NCBI GenBank assembly: GCA_943354905.1
Contig: CALRDL010000002.1
Location: 6,478 to 70,477 of the forward strand
Origin: Candidatus Nomurabacteria bacterium
GTDB lineage: Bacteria; Patescibacteriota; Minisyncoccia; Phycocordibacterales; UBA9973
Direction of reading: 5' to 3'
Length of the DNA: 64,000 nucleotides
Shown here: positions 20,126 through 29,868 of the stretch, one piece after another
Numbering within the stretch: the first letter of the stretch is position 1
How the letters are laid out: each line of letters starts with the position of its first letter
Notes under the pieces: model-generated
The model's database searches: none
What the model was told of the DNA's origin: nothing
The model's input: the letters and a program-made list of their open reading frames with translations, nothing else
Made by a program: the position numbers and the translations under genes

Positions 20126-20596
20126 ATGTTAAATAAATTTTGGAAATGGTATGAGGATAAGTATAAAATCATCGCTCCACTGACAGCGTTACTTTTTCTT
20201 TTACAGCTTGTGCATTTATACTGGATAACTACTGATGTTGTTCTTTTTAGATTGTTCGGATATCCTTTTTGGAATCCTGGCCATTTTTGGGATACTGTTA
20301 TTTCTCTTCTAGATTATACAGAAATACCAGCTATCCTCACGAGCTCACTACTTTATATTCATCAATATCGTCAAAACAATCAAAGAAAATTGCACAGTAT
20401 CTTTTTTCTTTTTCTTATAAATTCACAATGGTTGCATTTGTTTTGGATTACGGATGAAATTATTTACGCTCAACTTACTGGTACATCTCTCGTAGTAATT
20501 CCTATTTGGTTGTCTTGGATAGCGATAATAATAGATTATTTAGAACTCCCAGTTATTTATGATACAATCAAAAAAGCATTAAAATCCCGCCCTTAG
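20126..20596 (+). CDS. Membrane protein with internal duplication
   Basis: HLYWIT..DYTEIP and HLFWIT..DYLELP halves. Confidence 0.65.
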   Translation: MLNKFWKWYEDKYKIIAPLTALLFLLQLVHLYWITTDVVLFRLFGYPFWNPGHFWDTVISLLDYTEIPAILTSSLLYIHQYRQNNQRKLHSIFFLFLINSQWLHLFWITDEIIYAQLTGTSLVVIPIWLSWIAIIIDYLELPVIYDTIKKALKSRP

Positions 20597-20660
20597 CTCA
20601 GTTGGTTAGAGCATCGAGCTTATACCTCGAGGGTCCTACGTTCGAATCGTAGAGGGCGGA
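20587..20660 (+). tRNA. tRNA-Ile (anticodon TAT)
   Basis: CCGCCCT/AGGGCGG acceptor, TCGAG-CTTATAC-CTCGA anticodon arm, TTCGAAT T-loop; CCA not encoded. Confidence 0.93.
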
Positions 20661-21056
20661 CAAGACGAAACTTCAACTGTTACTATTACAGTTAATTCTG
20701 TTTCATCAACTCCAATAAAAAGCCCAAAGCTGAAGCTTGAGATCAATCCGAATGGTAAAATCAATCTTCAAGGAACACCCCAGTCAATTACTGGAAGCGT
20801 GCTTACTGTAAAAGTTTGGGGTATTGTTTTTACTGTAAATACATCTGGTACTAATTTTGACGGTAGAGCGAAAGACCTTTCTCTATATAAAGTAGGAGAT
20901 TCTGTAGATATAAAGGGAGATATTGATGTAGCTGCTTCGACTCCTACTATCAATGCACGCTCTATAAAGAATCAAACTTTCAAAGAAAATAGAGAGAATG
21001 AAAAAAAATCTGAAAATAGTAGTAAAAACAAAAAAAAAGATAGTGGTCGTAACTAA
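20661..21056 (+). pseudogene. 5'-truncated, frameshifted surface/OB-like (DUF5666-like) gene fragment
   Basis: Open coding-like sequence starts right after the tRNA with no start codon; frame change near 20720-20730; KVGDSVDIKG...INARSIK. Confidence 0.5.
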
Positions 21057-21182
21057 CAATATCTGAGTATTAATTGTTTTTAGGTGCTAAGTGTATTTAA
21101 TAAAAAATAAAGACTAGCCTTCGTATTTGGAGGTAAAGGGAGGGTCTTGTAATTTACTTAGATTATAAGATATAATATAGTC

Positions 21183-21365
21183 ATGGAAAATCAAAAAACA
21201 ACTGCAGACGAAATCTTTACTTGCGCAAAATGTGGGAAGGAAAAGAAAAGATCCGAAGGGAACTTTGTTTTGGAGGGTTCTACTTTTTGTTGCAAGCAGT
21301 GTTGTGGTGATCCTTCTGACAGTAAACATAAGGAAAAAGCTTCAGCTGTTTGTGAATTTTGTTAA
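21183..21365 (+). CDS. Small Cys-rich metal-binding protein (TRASH/zinc-finger-like)
   Basis: CAKC...FCCKQCC...CEFC. Confidence 0.65.
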   Translation: MENQKTTADEIFTCAKCGKEKKRSEGNFVLEGSTFCCKQCCGDPSDSKHKEKASAVCEFC

Positions 21366-21370
21366 ATTTT

Positions 21371-22171
21371 ATGACAAAAAAATACTTATTTTTTTTAGCT
21401 ATTATCTTTTTTATGAGCGCCAGTTCTGTTTTGGCGCAGGTTGAAAATGAGCCTAATTTAATAGAAGTAATCTCAAAAAATTCTTTTTTACTCGTCCTAT
21501 TTGGTGGTTTTTTAATTTTATTTTTAGTGATTTTGGCAAGATTACATCCAAAATCTTCAGAGGCTTTTAAAATTTCTGTATTTGTTTTAATTACAATTAT
21601 CTCTTTGGGTATTACGTTTTATCTTGCCGGAACAACTATATATAAAAATAACAAATCAGCCACCGGTGGGCCAGTTCACTGGCATGCTGATTTTAGGATT
21701 TTTGCTTGCGGAGAAGAATTAGGTTTAATCAAACCAACTGGATTTTTTAACAGAATTGGTAAAACTGATCTGCATGAACATGGTGATAAAAGAATTCATG
21801 TAGAGGGAGTCGTAATGGACAAAAGAGACATCTCTCTCCGCAACTTTTTTCAAGTTATTGGTGGAAATCTTGGTTATGGTGAGCTTAATTTCCCTGGCCG
21901 AGAGAAGTATGAAAGATTTATAGATGGTGATAAATGTGAAGATGGGCGAGAGGGTAAACTTCAAGTTTTTGTGTATAAGACCGAAGGAATAGAAATTAAA
22001 CAGAATAAAATTGCAGATTATCCTGAATATGTATTGTCTGGAGAATCAAAAATCCCTCCAGGTGATTGCCTAATTTTTGAATTTACCCCTGATCAAAAAG
22101 ATAAAACTGATCAGATTTGCAATTTTACAAAAATTGCCATAGATAAAGGAAAATTTAATTATATAAAATAA
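21371..22171 (+). CDS. Membrane-anchored His-motif protein
   Basis: Signal/TM helices, VHWHAD, LHEHGD.RIHVEG. Confidence 0.65.
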   Translation: MTKKYLFFLAIIFFMSASSVLAQVENEPNLIEVISKNSFLLVLFGGFLILFLVILARLHPKSSEAFKISVFVLITIISLGITFYLAGTTIYKNNKSATGGPVHWHADFRIFACGEELGLIKPTGFFNRIGKTDLHEHGDKRIHVEGVVMDKRDISLRNFFQVIGGNLGYGELNFPGREKYERFIDGDKCEDGREGKLQVFVYKTEGIEIKQNKIADYPEYVLSGESKIPPGDCLIFEFTPDQKDKTDQICNFTKIAIDKGKFNYIK

Positions 22172-22172
22172 T

Positions 22173-22883
22173 ATGGGAATAGAAGCACAATTACCTACAA
22201 TACTTACAGTCATACTCACAGCAGCAATTGATTCAATCAATCCGTGTGCTATTGGTGTTTTGATTTTAATGATTTCAGTAGTTTTGGGTTCGGGTGGCTC
22301 TATTAAGAGAATGGTTTTCCTCGGGTTCGTGTACACTGCTTCTGTATTTGTGGTTTATTTAGCTGCAGGGATTGGCTTAGTTTATTATTTTGCTAGTATT
22401 CCACTTTTTGTTGTTGAATATCTTTCTATCTCGGTTGGTATTTTTGTTATTTTCGCTGGACTTTTAGAGATTAAAGATTATTTTTGGTATGGCCGTGGCT
22501 TTTCACTTTCTATACCTAAAACCGCAAGTCAAAAATTACATAATTATGCTTCTCGGATGTCTGTTTGGGGGATTATGTTTCTCGGAGCCTTTGTATCGGC
22601 CGTTGAATTGCCTTGCACAGGAGCCCCGTATCTTGCAATAATAACAATTCTTTCCCAGTATTTTGATTTCACGGCTTTAATGCTTTTAGTTTTATATAAT
22701 TTCATTTTTGTTTCACCCCTAATCATCATAATTTTATTAATTGCAGCTGGAAAAAAGATTGAAGATATTCAACAATGGAAACAAGATTCGCGTGGCACAA
22801 TGAGATTGTTTATAGGACTACTACTTATAGCTTTGTCTTGGTTCTTGATATTAATAGCAAACGGAACAATTAATCTAGGATAA
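22173..22883 (+). CDS. CcdA/DsbD-like transmembrane thiol-redox protein
   Basis: DSINPCA and ELPCTGAPY Cys motifs in multi-TM protein. Confidence 0.8.
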   Translation: MGIEAQLPTILTVILTAAIDSINPCAIGVLILMISVVLGSGGSIKRMVFLGFVYTASVFVVYLAAGIGLVYYFASIPLFVVEYLSISVGIFVIFAGLLEIKDYFWYGRGFSLSIPKTASQKLHNYASRMSVWGIMFLGAFVSAVELPCTGAPYLAIITILSQYFDFTALMLLVLYNFIFVSPLIIIILLIAAGKKIEDIQQWKQDSRGTMRLFIGLLLIALSWFLILIANGTINLG

Positions 22884-22895
22884 GATAATAAGATC

Positions 22896-23495
22896 ATGGA
22901 TAATAATACAACTACAAAATCTATACATCATCATAAATCAATGGGGCATTTAGCCCATCAACCAATTACAGATATTGTGAAGTTTAATGCTATGCGTCTT
23001 GTAAGGGTCCGCTTACCCTGGCTTCTAGTTGGGTTAGTAGGCGGTATGGCTGCTACTTTAATTGTTCGCTCATTTGAGGGTGCTTTATTGGAAAGACTAG
23101 CTCTTGCGTTTTTTATACCCGTGATTGTATATATGTCTGACGCAGTGGGTACGCAAACAGAAACGCTTTTTATACGAGCCTTGGTTATTGAAAAGATTAA
23201 TCTCGCAAAGTATTTAGTAAAAGAAGTTTTTGTTGGGTTTTTACTGGGCACAGTTTTAGGGGTATTACTTTTTATTTATTCTATGGTTATGTTTAATGAT
23301 ATGGATGTTTCTTTTGTAGTTGGCATATCTATTATTATAAGTTCTGTTTTTTCGGTAATAATCGCAACCATAGTTCCTCTTCTTTTACGACATTTTGGTA
23401 AAGATCCAGCAATTGGGGCTGGGCCTTTCACCACTATCGTTCAGGACATATTTGCTTTATTTATTTATTTTATAATTGCAGCAATTATAATATAA
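22896..23495 (+). CDS. MgtE integral-membrane-domain Mg2+ transporter
   Basis: RLPWL, AVGTQT, DPAIGAGPFTTIVQD. Confidence 0.85.
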   Translation: MDNNTTTKSIHHHKSMGHLAHQPITDIVKFNAMRLVRVRLPWLLVGLVGGMAATLIVRSFEGALLERLALAFFIPVIVYMSDAVGTQTETLFIRALVIEKINLAKYLVKEVFVGFLLGTVLGVLLFIYSMVMFNDMDVSFVVGISIIISSVFSVIIATIVPLLLRHFGKDPAIGAGPFTTIVQDIFALFIYFIIAAIII

Positions 23496-23501
23496 AAAGT
23501 T

Positions 23502-25805
23502 TTATTCGAAATGAAATTCTCCGACTTTTTGGTGGACTTTAGATTTCAAGAGGGGATAGTTTGTGAGTTCTGGGTCTTCGGATATGATTCGTATTGCTTC
23601 TGTTCTAGCAGCTTCTACCATTTTAATATTTCTTATGGCTTCCATCCCCAGGTCGGTGATGCCCCATTGTTTGGTTCCTCCGAGTTCTCCTGCGCCGCGA
23701 AGTGTGAGGTCGAGTTCGGCTAACTCAAAACCATTTTGAGCTGTTTTTAGAGCTTTGAGTCGAGAAATAGTCTTTTCACTTTTAGCTTCGGCAAATATAT
23801 AACAATAGGCTTGATGTGAACTACGAATGACTCGACCGCGGAGTTGGTGGAGTTGGGCTAGTCCAAAACGTTCGGCTCCTTCGATGATGATGACAGTAGC
23901 GTTTGGAACATTTACTCCGACTTCGACGACAGAGGTCGCACAGAGAATTTGAATTTTTCCTAGAGTAAATTCTTGCATAACTTTTTCTTTTTCGATTTTA
24001 CTAAGCTTGCTATGAAGTATGCCTATCTCGTATTCTGGAAAGATTTCTTTTTTTAAACGTTTGGCTTCTGAGGTTACTGATTTCATTTCCAAAGCCGAGC
24101 TAGAATCTTTTTTTATAGGGTCGCTGTCTCCGCGTGCTCGCGGAGCGCTCCCTCTCGGCGCGTCCGCCTGCGAGAGGCCCTCTAAAAAAAATCCTGGCTC
24201 GGCTTTTTCGTTTGCTTCAAATATTCTCGGACAGATGACATAGAGCTGTCTACCATTTTTCATTTCAATTTTTATTTTCTCATAAGTATTTTCGCGTTTA
24301 TCCGGAGTTATTATTTCGGTGATTATTTTTTTTCTACCAACTGGCATTTCATCTAAGAGTGAAAGGTCTAGGTCCCCATAGATGGTGAGAGCGAGTGTTC
24401 TCGGTATTGGTGTAGCCGTCATAGATAACAAGTGAGGGGCGCTGAAGTTTCCATTTATATCTTTGCGGATGAGTTTTCTTCGCTGAGCTGTTCCAAATCT
24501 ATGTTGCTCGTCAATAACCACCAAGGCTAGGTTTTTAAATTTTACTGTTTTTTGGATGAGAGAATGAGTGCCGATCAATATTGGTATTTCTCCATTGGCT
24601 ACCCATTTTAAAAGTTGGGTACGAGAAATTGTGGTCCAACTTTCTGGATTAGATTTCGATGGAAACTTTCGACAGCCACTACCCGTAATGAGTCCTATGT
24701 TGATCGGAAGATGGGAAAAATATTTTATAAAAGATTCAAAATGTTGGGTGGCGAGTATTTCTGTGGGAGCCATATATCCCACTTGTAAGTTACCAAAATT
24801 TTTACCATACGGTCTTTGTGTGACGGTTGCATGGCTCGCCGTGGCAGCTACTGCGGTCTTACCACTACCGACATCTCCCTCGAGTAATCGTGACATAGGA
24901 AAATTTCTAGCCATATCTTCGAGAATAGTTTCGATGGATTTTTCTTGGGATTTGGTAGCTTGGAATGGAAATCTTTTTAAAAATTCTGCTGTATTTTTCT
25001 GATCTGGTTTTATTTGAAAAGATTTATTTTTTCTATATTCAAGTTTGTCGTGTTGACGTTCGAGCTGGATACAAAAAACTTCTTCAAAGGCAAACCTCTT
25101 ACGAGCTGATTGCATATCATTTTTATTTTTTGGTGTATGGATCCAGATCAAGGCTGTCTTTAAAGTCGGTAAATGATATTTTTTCAAAATGTCACTCGGA
25201 ATATAATCTGCGATATTGTCTAAAGTTTTATCTCGCAATATTTTTTCGATAGTGTGATAAAACCATTTTGAAGTTATGCCACGAGTTTCATTATAGATTG
25301 GATACGAGAAACCCTCCGAATTTTTCTCCCCCTGCGAAGGGGGAGTGCCCTTAGGGCGAGGGGGTCTAAACAAAGAGTTGTGAGAGTCGATCGGCATATT
25401 TGGAATTTTTTCAAATTCTGGATTGGCTAGATAATTTCCGTTTTTGCTTTCGGTAACTTTTCCTGTGAGTTTGACGGTGTCACCATCGTGGAGCATTTTG
25501 GCTAGATAGGCTTGGTTGAACCAGATTATTTTTATTTTTCCAGAAAAGTCTTCGATCCACCCTTCCGCCATGGGTATTTTAGAATGAAATCCTTTTCTAG
25601 TTTTTAGACCAGAGACTTTTCCATAGATTGTAGCTACCTCACCGACATTTAATTCTGTAATTTTTGATACCCTGCTGACGTCACTATATCTGATAGGGAA
25701 ATGATATAAGAGGTCGGCTACAGAGAAAATATTTAGCCGATGTAAGGCCTTTTTCTGATTTTCATCCATTCGGAATTTTGTTTCCAATTTCTCGGAGAGT
25801 TCCAT
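23502..25805 (-). CDS. recG: ATP-dependent DNA helicase RecG with two in-frame palindromic insertions
   Basis: GDVGSGKT, DEQHRFG, TATPIPRT, QLRGRV; wedge domain. Confidence 0.97.
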   Translation of the reverse strand: MELSEKLETKFRMDENQKKALHRLNIFSVADLLYHFPIRYSDVSRVSKITELNVGEVATIYGKVSGLKTRKGFHSKIPMAEGWIEDFSGKIKIIWFNQAYLAKMLHDGDTVKLTGKVTESKNGNYLANPEFEKIPNMPIDSHNSLFRPPRPKGTPPSQGEKNSEGFSYPIYNETRGITSKWFYHTIEKILRDKTLDNIADYIPSDILKKYHLPTLKTALIWIHTPKNKNDMQSARKRFAFEEVFCIQLERQHDKLEYRKNKSFQIKPDQKNTAEFLKRFPFQATKSQEKSIETILEDMARNFPMSRLLEGDVGSGKTAVAATASHATVTQRPYGKNFGNLQVGYMAPTEILATQHFESFIKYFSHLPINIGLITGSGCRKFPSKSNPESWTTISRTQLLKWVANGEIPILIGTHSLIQKTVKFKNLALVVIDEQHRFGTAQRRKLIRKDINGNFSAPHLLSMTATPIPRTLALTIYGDLDLSLLDEMPVGRKKIITEIITPDKRENTYEKIKIEMKNGRQLYVICPRIFEANEKAEPGFFLEGLSQADAPRGSAPRARGDSDPIKKDSSSALEMKSVTSEAKRLKKEIFPEYEIGILHSKLSKIEKEKVMQEFTLGKIQILCATSVVEVGVNVPNATVIIIEGAERFGLAQLHQLRGRVIRSSHQAYCYIFAEAKSEKTISRLKALKTAQNGFELAELDLTLRGAGELGGTKQWGITDLGMEAIRNIKMVEAARTEAIRIISEDPELTNYPLLKSKVHQKVGEFHFE
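24091..24206. repeat. GC-rich palindromic insertion in recG
   Basis: aaagccgagc...gctcggcttt terminal arms with internal hairpins. Confidence 0.85.
25326..25365. repeat. REP-like hairpin insertion in recG
   Basis: ctccccct-gcga-agggggag then gccc-tta-gggc. Confidence 0.75.
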
Positions 25806-25842
25806 TAGTTTATTATATAACAGATTATGTTATAATGAATTT

Positions 25843-26094
25843 ATGAGTAATTTTATACAAATGGATATTTTCTTTGTCATTTCTTCGTTAGGGTTTATTG
25901 TGGTAGCAGTTTTTGTTTCGATATTATTGTTTCATTCTATTTTAGCTATGCGAAGTTTTTCTAGAATCATTCGCAAAGCGGAGAGAGATATAGACAACAT
26001 CGGCGACACTACCAAAGAATTCTTGGAAGAGGTGAGAGATAGTTCAGTTTTCAATTTGTTTATGGGCAAGAGAAAGAAGAATCGTAAGGTTTAA
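25843..26094 (+). CDS. Small membrane protein
   Basis: N-terminal TM helix + coiled coil; TATAAT just upstream. Confidence 0.6.
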   Translation: MSNFIQMDIFFVISSLGFIVVAVFVSILLFHSILAMRSFSRIIRKAERDIDNIGDTTKEFLEEVRDSSVFNLFMGKRKKNRKV

Positions 26095-26125
26095 ATTATT
26101 AAAATAATAATAAAAATAAAATATT

Positions 26126-26482
26126 ATGAAAAAAACTACAAACAAAGTCACGAAAAAAGTTATGCCAAAGAAAATGTCCAAAATGTCTATAGCTAAAAAA
26201 GTCTCTATAGGTGCAGGTCTGGCTACTCTCGGAGCTGGAGCGTATTATCTACTTGGACCGAACAGCAAAATACATCAAAAAAAAGCTTCAGCTGTAGTTT
26301 CTAAAATTAAAAAAGAAATAATCCAAAAGACCAAGCAGGTTAAAAATCTAACCAAGCCTCTTTACGACGAAGCTGTCGATAATTTCGTAGCTATATATAG
26401 CAAGCAATACAAAATTCACGAGAAAGATATAAATGTTCTCGCAAAGAAATTAAAAAGTGAATGGAAATCTATTAAGAAATAA
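26126..26482 (+). CDS. Basic hypothetical protein (YtxH-like architecture)
   Basis: GAGLATLGAGAYYLLG hydrophobic segment followed by Lys-rich helix. Confidence 0.6.
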   Translation: MKKTTNKVTKKVMPKKMSKMSIAKKVSIGAGLATLGAGAYYLLGPNSKIHQKKASAVVSKIKKEIIQKTKQVKNLTKPLYDEAVDNFVAIYSKQYKIHEKDINVLAKKLKSEWKSIKK

Positions 26483-26548
26483 TTTCTGTTTTTTTGTTTT
26501 TGAGATTGCACTATTTCGCGGAAATGATTTATTCTATAATTTTTTTAA

Positions 26549-27292
26549 TTATTTCGATATTTCGGCGATTATGGCCATGTGGTCGGAGAGACCATCGATG
26601 AGTTTCACTTCTGATGCTTGATAAGACTTTGTGGTGAATAGACCATCAACCATATAATACTGTATGCCTTCAGTTATAAATTTCTCAAGACCAATCTTGT
26701 GTATGTTTTTATCCAAACTAGTTTTGTATTCTAGAGGTATGTTATCTTTGTATTTTTTAGCTAAACGATTGAAAGTTTCTTTTCCTCTTGGAGTGTTCAT
26801 GTCGCCACATAAAATAAATTCACCTAATGTGTCAAGTTGTTTAAATAATCCATTAAGGGCCTCGAGTTGGTAGGGAGTGGATTCTCCTTTAAAAGTAACC
26901 GGTAGGTGAACAGTAACATAGCGATATATTTTTTCATCAATATTTTTAACATCAACCCAGACCAAAGCCTCACTATCATTTTTATTTGTTGGATCAAATT
27001 CCTTTTCTAATTCTTCTGGATTACCATTGTAAAAAATATATCCACTGTCTATTATATTTTTGGCAAATATCGCTATACCTTGTTTCAGACCTATTGAGTA
27101 AGGGTAGGGGGATTTTATCTCGTATCTGCATGCCTGAAAAGCACACTCAATATCTAATTCTTTTTTCAACAAAGGCAAGTCTTTTTCTAAAAGTTCTTGC
27201 ACACAAAAGACATCTGGTTTTTCTTTTTTATAAAATTCTAGGATTTCTTTAAAATGTCGATCTTTTTCGATGTTTATGGATATGAGTTTCAT
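26549..27292 (-). CDS. Endonuclease/exonuclease/phosphatase (EEP) family protein
   Basis: SINIE, CVQE, GDMN, SDH. Confidence 0.88.
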   Translation of the reverse strand: MKLISINIEKDRHFKEILEFYKKEKPDVFCVQELLEKDLPLLKKELDIECAFQACRYEIKSPYPYSIGLKQGIAIFAKNIIDSGYIFYNGNPEELEKEFDPTNKNDSEALVWVDVKNIDEKIYRYVTVHLPVTFKGESTPYQLEALNGLFKQLDTLGEFILCGDMNTPRGKETFNRLAKKYKDNIPLEYKTSLDKNIHKIGLEKFITEGIQYYMVDGLFTTKSYQASEVKLIDGLSDHMAIIAEISK

Positions 27293-27326
27293 GATTTTGC
27301 TATATTAAATTGGTATAAATCGCCAC

Positions 27327-27398
27327 CATTTCCATGCATATATTATTTCGCGGGGGTTTTCTTTTGATTTGGTATGGGTGGCGGGGCGAGGTCGGGTT
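27327..27398. repeat. Left arm of imperfect inverted repeat flanking R-M cargo (partner 39218-39291)
   Basis: tttggtatgggtggcggggcgagg reverse-complements cctcgccccatcgcccataccaaa; catttccat/atggaaatg. Confidence 0.75.
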
Positions 27399-27509
27399 TC
27401 TCTTAAAAGAGAAACTGGCGAAATTCAAAATACAAATTCAAAACATTGTCTCGGGCAAATTATACCATTTTTGTTTTGTTGTGGTTATGCAACGCTGGTA
27501 GGAGTACAC

Positions 27510-27870
27510 CCTCGGCATCCGCCTCGGGCATTCCGCTAGGGCTACGAGCGCCATTTCTAGGTAGCAGCATTTTATAGGGAACGGCTCAAATGGCAGGAAT
27601 TGAGCCGTTCATAAATTAAAATGCTCGCTTCTTGCTGGGGAGAGGATGCTCCTCTCCCCAGCGGTTACGCTTAACCCCTCTCCTGTTTTCATGTCTACGT
27701 TTGTGGTGTCGCTTTCGCTACTAAACCCTGAATTGCAACAGCAGGGAGGCACTCGTCCTTTAGTCATGGACACCCTAGCGGAAATGCCCGAGGCGGAAAA
27801 TGCATGTGCTTGACCCCCCCCCTCCCGTTCGCACACAAAACCGCCGTGAGGAAAAGAGGAGACGGCGGGC
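27510..27870 (-). ncRNA. Candidate structured non-coding element (homologues at 44858-45020 and 43584-43690)
   Basis: Long-range stem 27518-27541/27773-27797, internal hairpins 27580-27610 and 27634-27662, GC-rich. Confidence 0.5.
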
Positions 27871-27880
27871 TCCCTGCAAA

Positions 27881-28489
27881 TTAAATTCTAGAATACGAAA
27901 CTCCTTTTCCTGTTTTTCCGACTTGTTTAATTTTATTTTCCTTTCCCAAGATATTTAGATATCGGGTTGCTGTTGCGTCAGACACATGCAAATACTTTTC
28001 GACTTCGTCGTTAGTTATATTTTTCTTTTTCAAAAACAAAGTCATTATTTTTTCCAGTTTCTTTCTTTTGCCGATTTGGACTTTATCTAGGAACTTTTTC
28101 CATAAATCTTTTTGGGAGAGTTTTGTTTTTACTGGTTCAGGTCTGGATTCAGGAATTGGTTTTATTTCAGTTTGTTTAACTTCTTCTTTTACTGGTTCAG
28201 GTTTTACTTCGGGAACTTCTATCTCTACTCGCTCGCCTAACGGCTCGCTCGTAGAGTTCAACGGCTCAAATACCGGTGTTTGAGCCGTTGGGGTTTCAGT
28301 TACCTTAGGAGCTTCGTTCTCCATGGGGATTATCTCAGGGGGGATAGCTTGCTCTGGCTCGGCTTTCGCCTCGCCTAAAGCTTCGCTTGCGATAGAAGTA
28401 GGTTCAGGACTAGAAATCGGCTCCTGCGAAGCCTCGGGTTTAGGTTGAGTTATTGTCGTATCGCTTGAAGTTTCATCTACCATACTCAT
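27881..28489 (-). CDS. Pro/Glu-rich protein with C-terminal DeoR-like winged HTH
   Basis: ITNDEVEKYLHVSDATATRYL..GKIKQVG. Confidence 0.75.
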   Translation of the reverse strand: MSMVDETSSDTTITQPKPEASQEPISSPEPTSIASEALGEAKAEPEQAIPPEIIPMENEAPKVTETPTAQTPVFEPLNSTSEPLGERVEIEVPEVKPEPVKEEVKQTEIKPIPESRPEPVKTKLSQKDLWKKFLDKVQIGKRKKLEKIMTLFLKKKNITNDEVEKYLHVSDATATRYLNILGKENKIKQVGKTGKGVSYSRI

Positions 28490-28542
28490 ATTATATCAGA
28501 ATTTTTATTGAAAAATAAACGAAAACATGGGATGATTAAGTT

Positions 28543-29202
28543 ATGAAAATTAAGGATTTTGACAAAGTAGATTTACCACGCGAAAAACTTGCGAAATACG
28601 GCTCAGGTAAATTAAAAGATCACGAACTTCTCGCAATTCTTCTCGGTTCTGGAATAAAAGGGCTGAATGTACTTGAACTTTCTAAAAAAATTCTCAAGGT
28701 TGTTGAGAAAATCGGAATAAAAAATATAACACTAAAAGATTTATTAGAAATAAAAGGACTTGGTAATGCTAAAGCTTCGCAAGTGTTCGCATTGTTTGAA
28801 TTGGGGAAGAGATTAAATTCCGATAATAAAACAGAAATTCTGTCAGCTAAAGATATTTGGAAATTATGCTCCGATGTCTGCGAATCAAAGAAAGAACATT
28901 TTCTCGCATTTTATTTAGATACACAAAATAGATTAATTGAAAAACAAGTTATTTCAATCGGCACGCTTAACTCAAGTCTTGTTCATCCAAGAGAAGTTTT
29001 TGAACCAGCTATCGCACTTCATTCAGCAAGCATAATAATTGCACATAATCATCCATCTCAAGATCTGACTCCATCTGCCGAAGATAAGAAAATTACAGAA
29101 AGACTTGTTGAAGCAGGGAAAATTTTAGGAATTGAAATTTACGACCATGTTATTTTGAGCAAATCGGGTTATCTAAGTTTTCAAAAAGAACATCTACTCT
29201 AA
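28543..29202 (+). CDS. radC: RadC/JAB-domain protein
   Basis: PREKL, VHPREVF, AHNHPS, DHVI. Confidence 0.93.
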   Translation: MKIKDFDKVDLPREKLAKYGSGKLKDHELLAILLGSGIKGLNVLELSKKILKVVEKIGIKNITLKDLLEIKGLGNAKASQVFALFELGKRLNSDNKTEILSAKDIWKLCSDVCESKKEHFLAFYLDTQNRLIEKQVISIGTLNSSLVHPREVFEPAIALHSASIIIAHNHPSQDLTPSAEDKKITERLVEAGKILGIEIYDHVILSKSGYLSFQKEHLL

Positions 29203-29279
29203 AACACCAAATACAGAACAAAAAGTTTTCCACAGGCTAGGGGGTTGCTTTTTTAGTTTAAATGCAGTATACTATCTGT

Positions 29280-29867
29280 ATGTATATGAAAATATCAAAT
29301 TTCGCAGAGGTAATAAATGGCTATACCTTTAGAGGAGCCATAGAAACTGCTGAAAATAGGGATATTCTTGTATTACAGGCAAAAGATATAACCCAAGGAG
29401 AAAATGTCACAGAAATTGAAAAACTAACCCCTATTTCCTTCAAGGGCACTCGCACAGCTTCATTTCTTCAAAAAGACGACGTCCTTGTAGTTTCTCGTGG
29501 TATGGGTGTTGGTTCGTTTCGTTCTGTCATTTTTAGTTTAGATACTTCTAATATTATCGCCTCATCATCACTTTTAATTTTAAGAATAAAAAATAAAGAA
29601 GTACTGCCAGAATACATATCGCTCTATTTTAATTCAATAGAAGGACAGAATAAAATTTTAGAAACAGTAGCGGGTTCATACATACGGGCAATATCACGGA
29701 AAAAGTTTGAAGAAGAAATAAAAATACCAATACCCCCGCTAGTAATACAACATTCTTTAATCAAACTAAACCAAAACATCAAACAGCAAGAAAAAATATA
29801 TGATAGGAAAAAAGAACTTAAAAAAGAAATTATTAACGCAACTATTACAAATTTAATTAAGAAATAA
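29280..29867 (+). CDS. Single-TRD HsdS-like protein
   Basis: NGYTFR, KDDVLV, IPIPPLVIQ; directly before hsdM. Confidence 0.75.
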   Translation: MYMKISNFAEVINGYTFRGAIETAENRDILVLQAKDITQGENVTEIEKLTPISFKGTRTASFLQKDDVLVVSRGMGVGSFRSVIFSLDTSNIIASSSLLILRIKNKEVLPEYISLYFNSIEGQNKILETVAGSYIRAISRKKFEEEIKIPIPPLVIQHSLIKLNQNIKQQEKIYDRKKELKKEIINATITNLIKK

Positions 29868-29868
29868 T

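Noticed and set aside
27609-27836. ORFs 27609-27836 and 44795-45058 as homologous proteins
   Set aside because: The DNA is homologous but the translations are in different frames and indels break frame, favouring a non-coding role
27510-27870. Retron msr-msd, group II intron or DGR template
   Set aside because: No reverse transcriptase in the window, no recognisable domain V, no adenine-specific mismatch pattern between copies
28127-28201. Repeat ttttactggttcagg in the wHTH gene
   Set aside because: Explained by the repeated PEPVK peptide in a low-complexity linker
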